Shown here: piece by piece, positions 1 through 12,900 of the stretch | How the letters are laid out: every line of letters starts with the position of its first letter | Numbering within the stretch: the stretch's first letter is position 1 | NCBI GenBank assembly: GCA_046563655.1 | Contig: CM102286.1 | Location: 4,898,001-4,962,000 of the forward strand | Direction: 5' to 3' | DNA: 64,000 nt | Origin: Yuukianura sp. NJ FZ-2021 | Lineage: Eukaryota | The notes under the pieces: model-generated | What the model was told of the DNA's origin: nothing | The model's database searches: none | What the model saw: only the letters and a program-made list of their open reading frames with translations | Position numbers and translations under genes: made by a program

Positions 1-900
1 AAATAAAAGAAACGCCTCATGTGTAAGCTATCTTGGCTGAATTGAGTAATTTTGTTTTTATGTTTTTGAAGTACTTTGTGAACATAATTCAATTAAAATC
101 ATAACACGATGCCGCTTTTAACTTCATAAGCGTTTCCGCTCATTCAATACCGCACTATATAGTTTAGTCGCTTTGTTTTTTTTTTCTATTTGCTTTTCGG
201 CATATGGCTAGCAGAATCTGAAACTGAAGATTTTTCCAAGGTTGTGGTTGTTGGGAATATTGCTAATGGATGGGATATTGGCAAGTGCAAGTTTAGTTTA
301 GAGATTCGCTCTAAGATAAATATTTAGAATAGTTCGTCTACTCCCCTATGACATGCAACTTTAAAAAAATTCGAACTTTCTCTGCTTCGGCGTTCCAAAG
401 ATATAACACTAAAAGCATTCCAAACTTTTCAGATGATGCAAAAGTTGTCGAAGGTTTGAAAAGTTTTCGCTATTCAAACAGAGGCGACCTGAGTTTCATG
501 TTTGCGAAAGATTTTAAAAATTTGATTACGAAACGTGTATTGCGCAATGTTTTTAAGCGACTATTTTTAAGTTCAACTACTGTTTACGGCTTTTCTGAGA
601 AAAACAGCTATTCAAGAAACCAATTTCCACGTGGCGAGGTAGAATTTTGAAAATTGAAAACAAGGCGCGGATGTAGACCAAAATATTTTGAATCTAGGCA
701 AAAGTGGGCAGAAGTATGTGCGAAAACATAAATTTTGCTAAGGAAATTGATTTTGAGCAGGATGAAAGGGGAAACTCACTTTGGGGAATTGAATTATACG
801 GTAAAATTAGACTTCGGATTAGTGAAAATGGAGTTTGGATTTCCTATTAAACGCTATTAATCTAGTTTTAGTTAATTTAATTTCATACAAATCAACTTAT

Positions 901-937
901 TTTCCTTAACTGCACTCTTACTCTCCATCTTGTATAC
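901..937 (+). other. U12 (minor spliceosome) branch point and AC acceptor of an AT-AC intron in Cav3 domain I S1
   Basis: TTTCCTTAAC at 901-910 matches the U12 branch consensus. The intron ends ...TGTATAC (AC at 936-937), with no AG between the branch point and the exon, directly before G|TGG TTT GAG (P-W-F-E). The donor lies upstream of the window. Confidence 0.85.
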
Positions 938-3900
938 GTGGTTTGAGCGGATCAGCATTCTAGTCATCCTACTCAATTGCGTCACTCTCGGAATGTACCG
1001 CCCTTGTGACGACGACGCTCTCTGCACTTCAGCCAGATGCCAAATTTTACAGGTGAGTAAAACACTCTACTTTTTTTGAAAAAACGAAGGAAGTTGCTTT
1101 TGCTTCATCTACGTCTGCGCTGCTTCACTTTTAATGAGCCGAAAACCTCTAAGCTATGAAATTGGTCCCATAAGTGCAAATGATGAAGTCGTAATTTGCA
1201 GTGCAAGGATTTTAATTAGTTTGAATTACGACTGGCCTCGGTTTCGTTTCCCGAGTTCGACCTTTCCCAGCTTAAAGGAAGAGATGACGGCTAGATTGCT
1301 GTCGTCGCGACAAAACCTTAGTCTTTTGACCGACTTAAACTTTTTACAATGGGAAATGGCATTTTTTTTAATACAGACATAAACTGAAACTTTTCGGATG
1401 ATTTTTGTAGCCGAGCAGGAAATCAGGAGTGTTCTGTTTTTTATGGCCACTTTCATAAGATGTAATTTTGAACAACCTTCCACTTTCCGGGTCCTTGTAG
1501 AAGATTTTTTGAAAACATTTCCTACTCGTCCTTTGATTATGTGTCGCCTCTCTAGCTGTTTTTCAAATGACACAAAATGCTTAACGAACACCGAAATTTG
1601 GTATCTTACTGAATATGGTGTAGAGTGGGAAAAGATTTTGACTACTTTGAATGTTTGTCGTCCCTAAAAAATCCCGCAAAACTCTGTCAAAGGATTTAAG
1701 CATGACATAAATGAAGTCCACGTTATGAGTCCAACGACATCGGATGGATATGCTCCAACCACATCAAACAGAAGCCTCTGCCCCATGTAACTATTTTTTC
1801 TACTTTGAGCATCCACTCGACATTTGCGATTCAAATATTTGGCAAACATTTCAAGAATTTGCAATTTGAATTTACAAGTTTCATAATTAAAAATCTCATA
1901 ATTTCCATTGAAAATCCTTGAAAATATACACGTTCAGAAATGCACCCAACAAGTTTACCGCAGCGTCGTATGAAATACAGAGCATCATACAACACTGGAT
2001 GAATGCTGATGTTCGCAATACAGAACGTGAGTGGTTTTGATTCTGAGCAAAGCGTATGGTGCAGTTTTGAACAATTTTAAACCAATTCTAACCAACTTTC
2101 TTAGACTTGTATGTGTATGCCCCAAGGCAGGCTCGAACTGCGGACTGAGAATTTCATACAAAACTCTGAAAATCCAATGAAATTATGCTCCGACCAAGTT
2201 TCGAACTGGGGATTGTGTAAATATTACAATACAACACCAAAAGTACAAAAAAATTATACCCCGTCGCAGTTTCGAACTGCGGAATGAAAATTGTTTTACA
2301 AAACAGTAAAGTGTAAAAAAAAATTATGCCCCGAGGCAGGCTCGAACTGCCGACCTTCAGATAACTCTGGTAGTGTGAGATTATGAGACTGACGCTCTAC
2401 CGACTGAGCCATCGAGGCACGGTTGAGAGCAGACGCTCCAAGTCTGCTACAAGAGCGAATTTTGTTAGAGACTTTCGAAGAAAATAGCTTACAAAAAAAG
2501 ACTAAGGTAAATGATGAAGTTTTTCAGTAGCAGACGACCTGTTGACCTTGCTTGATAAAACGAACCTCTTCGTTAATTAATCAGCTAGTATTTCACGTCT
2601 GCTGACCTTTCATGCTTATTACAACTAAAATAGCTCAGCCAATTTATTCATTGTTTCATTACATAATATAAATAAATTTCAATTTTTTAAAGAAACCTTT
2701 TAAAAATCATTTCACGTCAAACGCGTTCGGAAATGTAGTTAAGAGTGGGAGTTGTTGCAGTTTTAATGAACCAATTTGTATGTAACTCCAAACTTGTTTG
2801 AATTTTCTAAGCTGACATTCTGTAGCAGTGAAAGTTCATTTCCTTTTGTTCTGTCTACCACAAGTCAGCATAGCTGTTTAATTTCAATTCTACACGGGAC
2901 TTTCTCCTCTTTCTCTTCCGGTATTACAAATGGATTGAGTTCGATTAGCAAAAAATTGGACTCCTTTCATGCCTTTTCTTTCTGGTGTCTGGATCAGGAC
3001 ATCATTTGTCATTCTGGAAGTGACTTTGGATTTTTTTCCGTTTAGTCTATCCAGAAAGAAACTTATTTCAAATCTTCGCTCTGATTCCTCCATGTTCACT
3101 TTTTTGAATTTTCCCTCCTTTTTTGCCTTGCTGAAAAGAAAACATGTAAAGAAAAGAGAGCTACTTTCCCTTTTGAATCTTTTTTTAAGCCACGGAAAAG
3201 AGAGAGGAACATTCAGTCAGTGTAAAGACGACTAAATTGAGTTGGTTTTTTCAAATTCTTTTTTTGAAAGAACCCGGGTGCAGTCACCGAACCAAGAAAC
3301 GGGCGACGTGCAACCCCTCTGATGCTTCTGTTTGGCAAATAATGCCCTCTCTCATGCATCAATTCACAACTTTCCCGCCTGGTTTCTGTTCTTGCAAACA
3401 CGAAGCTGTGAAGTGAAGGATGGACGACTTTGGGATGGAGTGGGAACTGGTCATAAATTTAATAGGTCAACCGACTAAGAGACTTTTAGAAGGAACTTTG
3501 ACTAAGTACAAAGTGACTGACGATAGTGTCTAATGTTATTTTATTTCTCCTAAACTTTCTCTTTTAGTCCTCCAACAGATCCACACTCATACTGGAGTCA
3601 CTCAAGTGTCACAATGTAGTCACAAAATGTCGGAGGCGACATGCCGTTTGGCATAAAAGGAAAAACTTGTCACTCTTTTAGTCCAGTGGGAACTTTCCCT
3701 TCCTTTGTGCCAATTTCTCTGTTTATTGTTTTCTCCTTTCTTTTTGTGACACTCATGGTTCCATTTAACTCCATAATTTTTTTTTGCAACCGAAGCTTGT
3801 AAATCTGATCACAAAATTTTTCTTCCAAACCAAGTCAGAAAGCCATGCGGTATGCAAACCCCTTGTAAAGTGAGCAACACTCGTCAATTAGAGTATGATG

Positions 3901-6900
3901 ATGATGATTTAACTTCAAAATAGTCCAAACATCTTGCTAGCCTAGAAAACTGTTAAAAACTTAACTAACCTACCGTACCTTCTAACTTTACTACAAAAAT
4001 CAACATGTTCCAATTGCCAAAGAAGTCATTCAGGTCATAACGAAAAGTAGGTCAAGCAATGAATAAGAGTTCAATTTCCAAACGGCCCTCACAAGGCAGC
4101 TGGCAAAACAAACCCAGAAGTCAGCGCCTTCCATAAAACTTTGGTAGTTTGAATTTCTCAGATGAACGGGCGCTAAAATTTGTTAATAAAAAGCATTCCA
4201 TTTCGGCACATACGAGAGATGAACTTTTTGAAGAATTTGACGCTCCTCTATATATAAGGTTAAGGATCTTCTGGAATACCACACTTCCTTATGTTTATGC
4301 AAATATATTACCGCAAATACTTAAAATATTTCAAAAATTCCTTGAAAATGCCAGTTGTAGAATTTTGAAGTTTCTCCTCACGTGCGCTACTATTTCTTAT
4401 GGAGAGCAAAACAATTTTAGCATAAACTGCACAGCAGTAACCATTACTAATCGTAAGAAACGTCAAATCAATTCTACCCGCCTTCCGCTCCTTGGAGGTC
4501 TAATAATAGGGTATTCTTCTGTTTTATGTTATGGTGCTAAATGATAGTGCTTGAGAAAGAGATTTGTAGAAACTGGAGAAAGTAATACAAGGAATTTGTG
4601 TGGGATAATTTGAAATTCATGTCAGAGGAAAAGACGTATTGATGTTTCCATAAAAACTTTCGGAGCGTAGAAAACTTCTTTGAGTTAGTCCAATAATGTT
4701 CTGGATTTGGGGAATCTCTTTCCCTATAATCCGCCCCTTTCCTTCTCGTTAGTTTTCTAGACGTAGGTTCGGTTAACCTGACTTATACGTAGGTTTTTAT
4801 ATGTAGGAGGCCTTTCAAAGGGAATCACATTGGAGAAAGTTAGACACGTATGATAATTTAGGTTTGACTTGAAAACTTTTCCGTAGTTCTACAGTGGGAA
4901 AGAAACTTAACTTTTCATTCTTTTTGTGCAAAAGGAAAGACTATCGAGAAGAAAATCATTCTCGGAGTTTCTAATCCGTGTGTGCGTTAGACACCTACGG
5001 AATTTGATTCTTGAACTTACGTTATTCTGTTTTTCTCTAAAATCGAAAATCAGAAAAAAGTTTGAAAGTTTGCGGGAAAAGCGTAACTTGATCTACCCCA
5101 TCCGCCTTACCACTGCTTTTCTCCGCTTTCTTTTTCATTCAACCAACTTTCGCTTTCTTAATCCTGATAATGATGTGTAATTTTCTATACTTTGATGAAA
5201 TCTAACACGCTCTTTTCCACTCCATCAGTTTCTGAAAATAAGCAACTCTTGATTATTTTTGTAATGCATCAATGTCAATGACCTTTTGTTCTTTGGTTAC
5301 ATTTCTCTTCAACTGACAAAAATTGTTTTTGTAACAGATTCACACAATAAGATCTATTTTCTGGGCTAGGTTTGAAAAAACAGAATTTGGAAACTAAAGT
5401 AGATTATTTTGGCAATTTGCAATTCGGCAGAATCTTTCCCAAGTGAAGTCGAAATGTATTTTTCTGTCATAAGAGTAAAATGTCAGCAAAACTTCAATTG
5501 TTTGTTCTAATCCTATCTCAAACAACAAAACACTTGAAATCGTGGGAGACAGATACCGTTTAGATGGACATTGTCACTTGAAAATGCAAATTACTTCGTG
5601 GAAATCATTTGGCGAAGAACCAGCGTGCAGATTTCCCTGTGCTCACTTCAAGTTCAGGATATGATCAATTCTATTATTCATGCTCAATATCCTGTGTGCT
5701 TAATATGAAGCCAATGACCCTCATTCCATTGTATTCTTATGAATTATTTGCAAATTTTGGACAATAGTGGGACACAAAGGACCGCCATGCAAAATAACAG
5801 CACACTTTCGGTGGAGCTTATTTTCATGATTCTTGGAAATGTATTCAAAACTCATCCTTCTAATGCTCAGGCAGTGCATTGCCATGCTCAAATAAAACTT
5901 CAGAAAAGAATGGAGTTTAATCCGAAGGTTGCTGCAGATACGTGCAGTTTAAAGTAAAATACAATGAAATTAAAATTATTGAAATAGATTTAGCATTCCT
6001 GTCGCTAATTTTTGACTGTCCTTAATCATGTCGAACTTGACAACAGACTAAGTAAAATTAAAAGTAAATATAAAGAAATTTTGTGGCTAGATTTTTTTTG
6101 CATCATGTGTTACTTTTCGACAATTTTTTTCGGTTTTTATTACCGGGCGGGTATTGATTCGGCAGCTTTGGGTTGTTAGGGAGGAAGTCCAAGAAATTGG
6201 AAAGTAGAATTCGAAAACAGTTTCTTCCTTGAGGCACGTTCCTCGTCTCCTGATGGTCATCTACTTTCACTCTACTTCCAATTGGACAAAACCACTGCAC
6301 GGAAAAGCCACCGTGTTCTGGAATTATTCCACGTACGTCAGGAGGAGAAACTGTTGCTACTGTTTCTGACGTGTCGCTCCTCGCAGGCAACCTGGCCATA
6401 ATGAGACACTTCTGGACGGGAGATTTGGACGAGTTGCTTTAACTACAGCAGCCTTACGGATTTTCAATTCTGAGCTTTTTGGTTAGGTGACGTTAAGTAC
6501 ATTGGTATACTGTACTTAAGTAATCGTCCAGAAGTGTCCGGGAATCCAACCAAGCCAACTTTCTCTTCTTTCTCCACTTCTGTACAGTTTATGGTCGACC
6601 ATTTCAGTGACTTTACCTTTTATACAACAGGAACAAATAAACTAAACAACTCTCGTTTTCACCACCAGAAAATTCTTAGAGAAAAGTTTTCCCCTGTAAA
6701 CTTTACAGCTTTGCCCGCTTTCTTGTTGCTTTATACTGTAAAACAATTTTCTAAGAAATTAGTAACACTTGATGCCTTTCTGTTCCTGTTTCAGGTGGTG
6801 GATGACTGCATCTTCGTTTTCTTTGCTGTGGAAATGTGTATCAAATGCATTGCCATGGGTATTAGGGGCGGTGGAGCCTACTTTGACGACAAGTGGAATT

Positions 6901-9900
6901 GGCTCGACTTCTTCATTGTCTTGGCTGGGTAAGTTCAACTGAAGCGTGGCTTCTGGATTATTTAGTAGATGAATCCCACTTTGTTCAAATTGAAACTGTG
7001 GCTTTCACGGACTAAAGTTTCAAAATTAGTAGAAACTTGTTGCACGGAAACCATTTCTCAAGCTACCAAATAAAACCGATATGTATTGAATTTTGAATAC
7101 TTTCCAAAAGAAAGTTCAAAAGGTTGACCATAAACTTAAAAAAATGTCTATATTCAAGACGAAAAAAAATTGAAAAAAAGCAATAGAATGAAAAGCAGAG
7201 TGTTTTGTTTTATTCCTGCCAAAAAATTCCAATAACAGAGTTGATTCAGATTCAAAAAATAAGAACTTCGAAGAGACAGACCATTGAATAAATAGTTTGC
7301 ACGATGGCCTTTAGGGAGAAAGCTGAGCTGAGTGCTCAAACCTATAAAAAAAAACAAAATTGAAATTTTGGCGGCCACTTTCTTTGTCAGTGAATTGCTG
7401 CTTTTTTGTTTCAAATGATAAAGTTAATAATTCAACTTACCCTCTTGAAAACACGGGTGGAGGTGACGTCTCCAGCAGTATATGTCGTTGTCATGTCCTT
7501 GTCGGTAAAAACTCGTCGCGTGACAGCGGTATACTTGTTATCAATGTTTTGCTTGTGAACCAACTCGTTTCCGGTGATCGTAATGGTAGACTGTAATGGG
7601 TACAAGCATAAAAGTATATTTAAAACAAACGGCCACTTTACATGAACTTTTTAAAAAACACAAAACTTTCTCAAAATAAAACAGGAAAATGTAATTTCCA
7701 AATTCACCTTAGATTTTCTGTCATCGGCGGTTGTTTCGTCGAATTCGACTCCAGATTCAAAAGTAGATTCAAAGTTCTTGACCGAAGTGAGGGTCTTCTG
7801 GGTCCATTTTCCGTTTCCGAGGTCAATAAACTGCATTGTTGGCTTAGTTTTATCGGCAACGGTTCGGTTCAACATGCCAACACCTAAAGTTACAATCATT
7901 AATTTTAAATTAAAAAGTAAAAGTTGGAAACCTCTGGTAGCATTCTCGTTTTTAAATGAAATCCGCACTTTTTTTGGAATTTAAATGTGAACCTTACCAA
8001 CTGCCTTCAAGTAGTCAGAGTACTTGTCAGACGACACCATCTCGAATTTGCCGGCAATAAGACTCATGATGCTAATTTTTGAATCGGAGGAACTTAGTTG
8101 ATCTGGCTTTTTTGAGCAGGACTAAAGGACTGGGCAGTTTGAGAATCTGCTAACGCTTATTTAAGCTCTCCAGATCCGTGTTAACTTTGCACTTTGAATT
8201 GTGGAGATGATTAGGAGGCGTGAGATGAACCTGCCAATGGAAATGTTCCATGCCAAACACTTTAACGTTGGATTAACCATGTAACTACAGTGCACTTTGT
8301 GTACTGAGGGACAAAAACTAATCTCATCAAACCAAGTGTCAATGTCTACTCTGACGTGGTCATCATGTTCCAACTCATATGACTCGATCAGGATGAAGTT
8401 TGCTTGTTTGAGGGTCAAAGGTCACATCGACACTTCCAAAACCTTAAATGCTCTTGGGTGTTTCTAAATGTTTGAAAAGATGGATGTTTGGACTTCTCGG
8501 GTGTTGACTAAAGTAATCTTGATGCGATTAAAGTTCAAAGAATTTTTCATGTACTACAAGACTTTCTATGTGAAGGTTTAAAAAAAATATTTTCTCAATT
8601 CACTATTTCTGTTATTAAAACTTTCATAATTGTCTTTGACTTGAAATTTTATTTTCACGTAATTTTTTTTTGTCAAAAAAGGCAATCTTGATGACATGAA
8701 AATTTGGAACAACCATAAAATTGTCACAATTATAGACATTTTTTTTTAAAATATTTTTTTCTAGGGTGATGGAGTACTGTGTGCCGAACGTTGAAGATGT
8801 GAATATATCTGCAATTAGAACTGTCCGTGTTCTGAGGCCGCTTCGAGCGATTAATCGAATCCCAAGTGAGTCATTACTTTCTTTTTTACAAAATTTTTAG
8901 TGCAGACCTGTACTTGGCATTCCGTGCGCCACATTGCCTAATTACTTGGAAGAGTGAATAATGCCAGGGATAGAAAAGTACTAAAAGTACTAGTGTACAG
9001 GTGCCAAGGCCAGTGGTGGAGGTTTTAGTCGTATCTAGACACTATACATAATGGAACGCCAAGGAGAAAGTAGTAGAAAGTGTAACAAAAAATGAAGAGC
9101 GGAAGCATTTCTTAGTTGCTTATTTTTCTTTAACAAGACCTTCATCTTTCTTTTTTGATTAAAAACACTGAAACTGTCTCCTAAAAATTAATTCCCAAGG
9201 TTTTCCGTTGTTGCAAAAATAAAGGTAACATTTAAATGGAAGAGGTTAGCAATTTGTCAATTGTGTATGACATTGCATTTAACGCGGAAGAAACCTTAGG
9301 TAACAAAAAAGAAAAGTAAAAAACTACTAGTCCAAAGCTGAAGGCTGAGAAAACTTTATAAGAAAACTGCCAAGTCACTCAAAAACCTAACTCTCAGTCG
9401 CGTACTTAATCGTTGTGCAAGAAATTATGAAAAGAAAATTATGCACTGGCGAGCTTTTTTTTTGCAAAGAATGTTTTTCCACCGACATCCTTGAAGTTTT
9501 TTTGAAATATTTTAAAGAAGCCTCCTAGTGATATAATGTTGCTGGGGTTTTCCTAACGTATTTTTTACATTGATTTTTTCATATGATTTAGTACCTGAAA
9601 TCATCTTTTTACCTTAACCACCAAGATGGTGCAATACGTCATTCCAGAAAAGAATTTTCAAAAAAAAATTCTAGGATTTTGTATACATTTTTGAAAAATT
9701 CTTTAGTTCAATTTTGTTTCATTTTTTTTTCCTCAGGTATGCGGATTCTTGTGATGTTACTTCTGGATACACTTCCTATGCTCGGCAACGTTCTTCTCCT
9801 CTGCTTCTTCGTCTTTTTTATATTCGGTATTATTGGAGTACAGCTTTGGGCTGGAACGCTCCGGCAGCGCTGTTTTATTGACTTGAATAATTCAGACATC

Positions 9901-12900
9901 AAGTCTGTGGTGTAAGCCATTTTACAAAATGTTCTTACTTCATAACCCCCTCCTCGTTACCCCTCACGCCTCTCGCCTTGCTACACACTCCACTTCATCA
10001 CGCAAAGAAAAAACATACGTTCATTTGTTAGCGTACAGTCTACGCTAACGCTACTTGTGAACCCGTAAGTTTCACATGGCACTTTAAACTTTCCCGCGTC
10101 GAGCCATTAAATGATGCAGTCCATTTAGAAGATGAGGACCAGAGCCATTTGTTGCTTTCAAGACGACGGCGCCAAAAGCACCAATCAGTTTCAAATTTCC
10201 AAAAGGAAAATGGATTTTTCATTTTTGCTAATTTTTTATCGTTCTCTTTTTGCAATAGATTTATAGGTGAATTTATTCAAGCTAAAACGGGCTGGTACGC
10301 TCCTTTCCTAAAAAAGTTTTTTCTGAGAGAACTTCTCTTTTTTTTTTTTTTTAGAAATTGACACATTACTTTATAAGTTTTTAGTCTCTGCAAGGACATG
10401 AACTTTTTCTCTGCTCTGAACCAGTAAAAAACTTGATCAAGAGCAGATACTTGTGTGACCCTTTGCTATTAGTTCTTGTGCTACTCTTTTACCAATTCTC
10501 CAACAAAACTCTGAAAAACTTTTGTTAAAACTACCACCAACTTTTAAATTGTTCATCGTAATTTAAAGTGGCTCTGAATTTTTGTCTTTCCTTTGGATAG
10601 GCCGTGGAACTTGAAACCATTCTACGCCACCCGAGTTTCGAGCTTATCGTAAGAAGAACATGAGTGTCCTCCTGTGAGGACATTTTATTTCAAACTATAA
10701 AGTGTGGTTTCCCGCCCTTTTCTACCTCTGCCCTAACACAAACACACCCTCTCGTTTGAAATTTATGCTTCTCTCCCTTATGTGCCCAATTGATACAAAC
10801 TGTTCCTGATTTTTGGTGGTCGTAGCATCCCAGAAAGTGATTTACTTTTACTAATTTTAAATTGGAGCCCATTATCCATAGACAACGGGAAACACCAGTT
10901 TAAGTGGTTCAAAGGAGAATCAGACTCCAACTGAGCCGCTGTAATTTGATTGTGGTCTTCGCACCAATTAATTCTCACTAAATGAATAACAGACTTTGAC
11001 ATTCTACGTCGCTTCCCGCTTTGTAGAGTTTTCTAGCCCAAAAAACAAGAACTTCCGTGACATCATCCACCTAACTACAATCCACACAATGGAAGACAAT
11101 TTGGTTCATTTTTGCAAATTGTTTCCAAATTTTGTCAAATTTCAAAAAACGGAAACTAGTTCAGTTTGTTAAAAAAAAATCTAGCCATAGCTTTCTTTCT
11201 CCAGCTTCGACATGGTTAAAAATGTTCACAAATTAAAAAAACACAATAGTTTTTTTTAAATAGAAAACACAATAGTTATTATGCTAGATAATTTCAGGGA
11301 AAGTAGAAAATCTTTAAACTTTAGTTTTTATAAGATCTTCAAAAGTCTTTTTTAGGGTTTAGAAACTAGTTAAATGAATGTCAGCTTTTTTGATTCCAAA
11401 AATTTCTTGCAACACTCGCATGTGTAAGTATACGTAACGGACACGCTGGAACGTTAATCACGTTACACTTAATTTGTTCGATTAATGACAAGGGAAAGCC
11501 AAAAGACACTCTCATACAAACCAGCGGAAAGAAAAATTGGAAACGCTTTAATGTCTCTTCTTAAGTGTGGCTACGTGCTCGTTTTTTGAAATTGAAAATG
11601 ATCCAATCGTGTTGAGTTTGCGCAATGATGTAATGACTCCATTTTTTACTTGTTACAGCTTCGTGTTCTTTGATTCTTAATATGATTTTGAAAAGCTAAT
11701 TGAGTGATTTTGTAGCTATAATGGAATACTTACCTTGCTTTTCTGCATTTCGGACCTAAAAGATGCTGACTCTCCGAGTCCTGTGTGATTATAATTATTT
11801 AATTACTTCCAGAAGAAATTAACTAAATCCACTTTTTTTTTGAAAAAATTAGGCAGCTCTCCGCCTACTACCGAACGGCCGACCTAGAGAAAGACTACAT
11901 CTGCTCGCTACCCAAAGACAATGGTAAGTCAATTAAGTTAAGTTGGAAGGAGGCACATAGTGGGGCCTTAAGGGTCCCACTTCAGCTTCTCTCAGTTCAT
12001 CCATATTTCATACTGGGCATTCTCGAATTCTTGGTTCCTTTGGTTATGTTGACATTCAGTCCCCTTGAGCCTCAAGATGGACGCTCTTACCTTATAAGTG
12101 TGCTGCGCTCGAACATGAAACTGTGGATCTTCAAAAGTCATTTAATTATTCAGCAATCTCGAGGCTCCAGCAATCTATGCTTCCCTGTAACCGAAAACTT
12201 TTCCCTTGTCTTACTTTCTCTTTTGAACTTTTTCCCTTATTGTTATGAACCCACTTTGTCACTATCAGATCCAATTTGAGATGTAGGTCAACCTGGGTCA
12301 ATTCTGCTTCACAAGCATTTTTTCTTATATCGGAATTGCCACTAACATAAAATTTCTCATGCCATTAAGCAAAAAATCCTTCCAAATTCTAAAAAAAAAC
12401 TGCAATAAGAAAAAAGTAGCTTCCACATTTACTGCTAACCTGAAAATGTTTTCCAAAACCTTCTTGACTTTCATCTCTCTTATGTTTTTGGAACACAAGA
12501 ATAATTTAAGTTTTTCAAAGTTACCTATTTAAATTTTGAGATTTTTCTTAAATATTTCTGGGTACAAAAAATTAGGACTCCAGGGATTACTCTATGATTA
12601 ACCCAAGTAAGTTGAGGGTAAGCCTCAACTTTTGTTCTAATTAATAACATCCTTGTACCTTGAGGTAGAAAGGAAGAAAGGTGGGATTAATGTTCCATTC
12701 CCTTTGTGCCGAGTTCCTTCTGCTGAATAATAAGAACCTTGGAAGTTAAAGTTCCAAAGTCCCTGGAGTGAAAGGAAGGGCCTCATTCAGACGGCCTTTG
12801 TCTTCATTCTGAATTTTTAATCCCTTTCTCAACTTTCTCCAGCAGCCACTCAAGTAGTCAACACGAACAGGAGTAATCATCGATCACAATGCAGATTCTT

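Noticed and set aside
348..1864. Short ORFs around the first Cav3 exon (348-650, 1226-1591, 1398-1667, 1664-1864)
   Set aside because: No recognisable domain or consistent splice structure; probably chance ORFs or unrecognisable relics.
2118..2350. CRISPR array interpretation of the repeat-spacer pattern
   Set aside because: Eukaryotic context, no cas genes, the repeats are tRNA-derived and the spacers resemble each other.
6103..6399. 98-aa minus-strand ORF in a Cav3 intron
   Set aside because: No homology recognised and no supporting exons; a small gene cannot be excluded.
8161..8418. Possible second nested gene upstream of FABP
   Set aside because: No ATG-led recognisable product and no FABP motifs.
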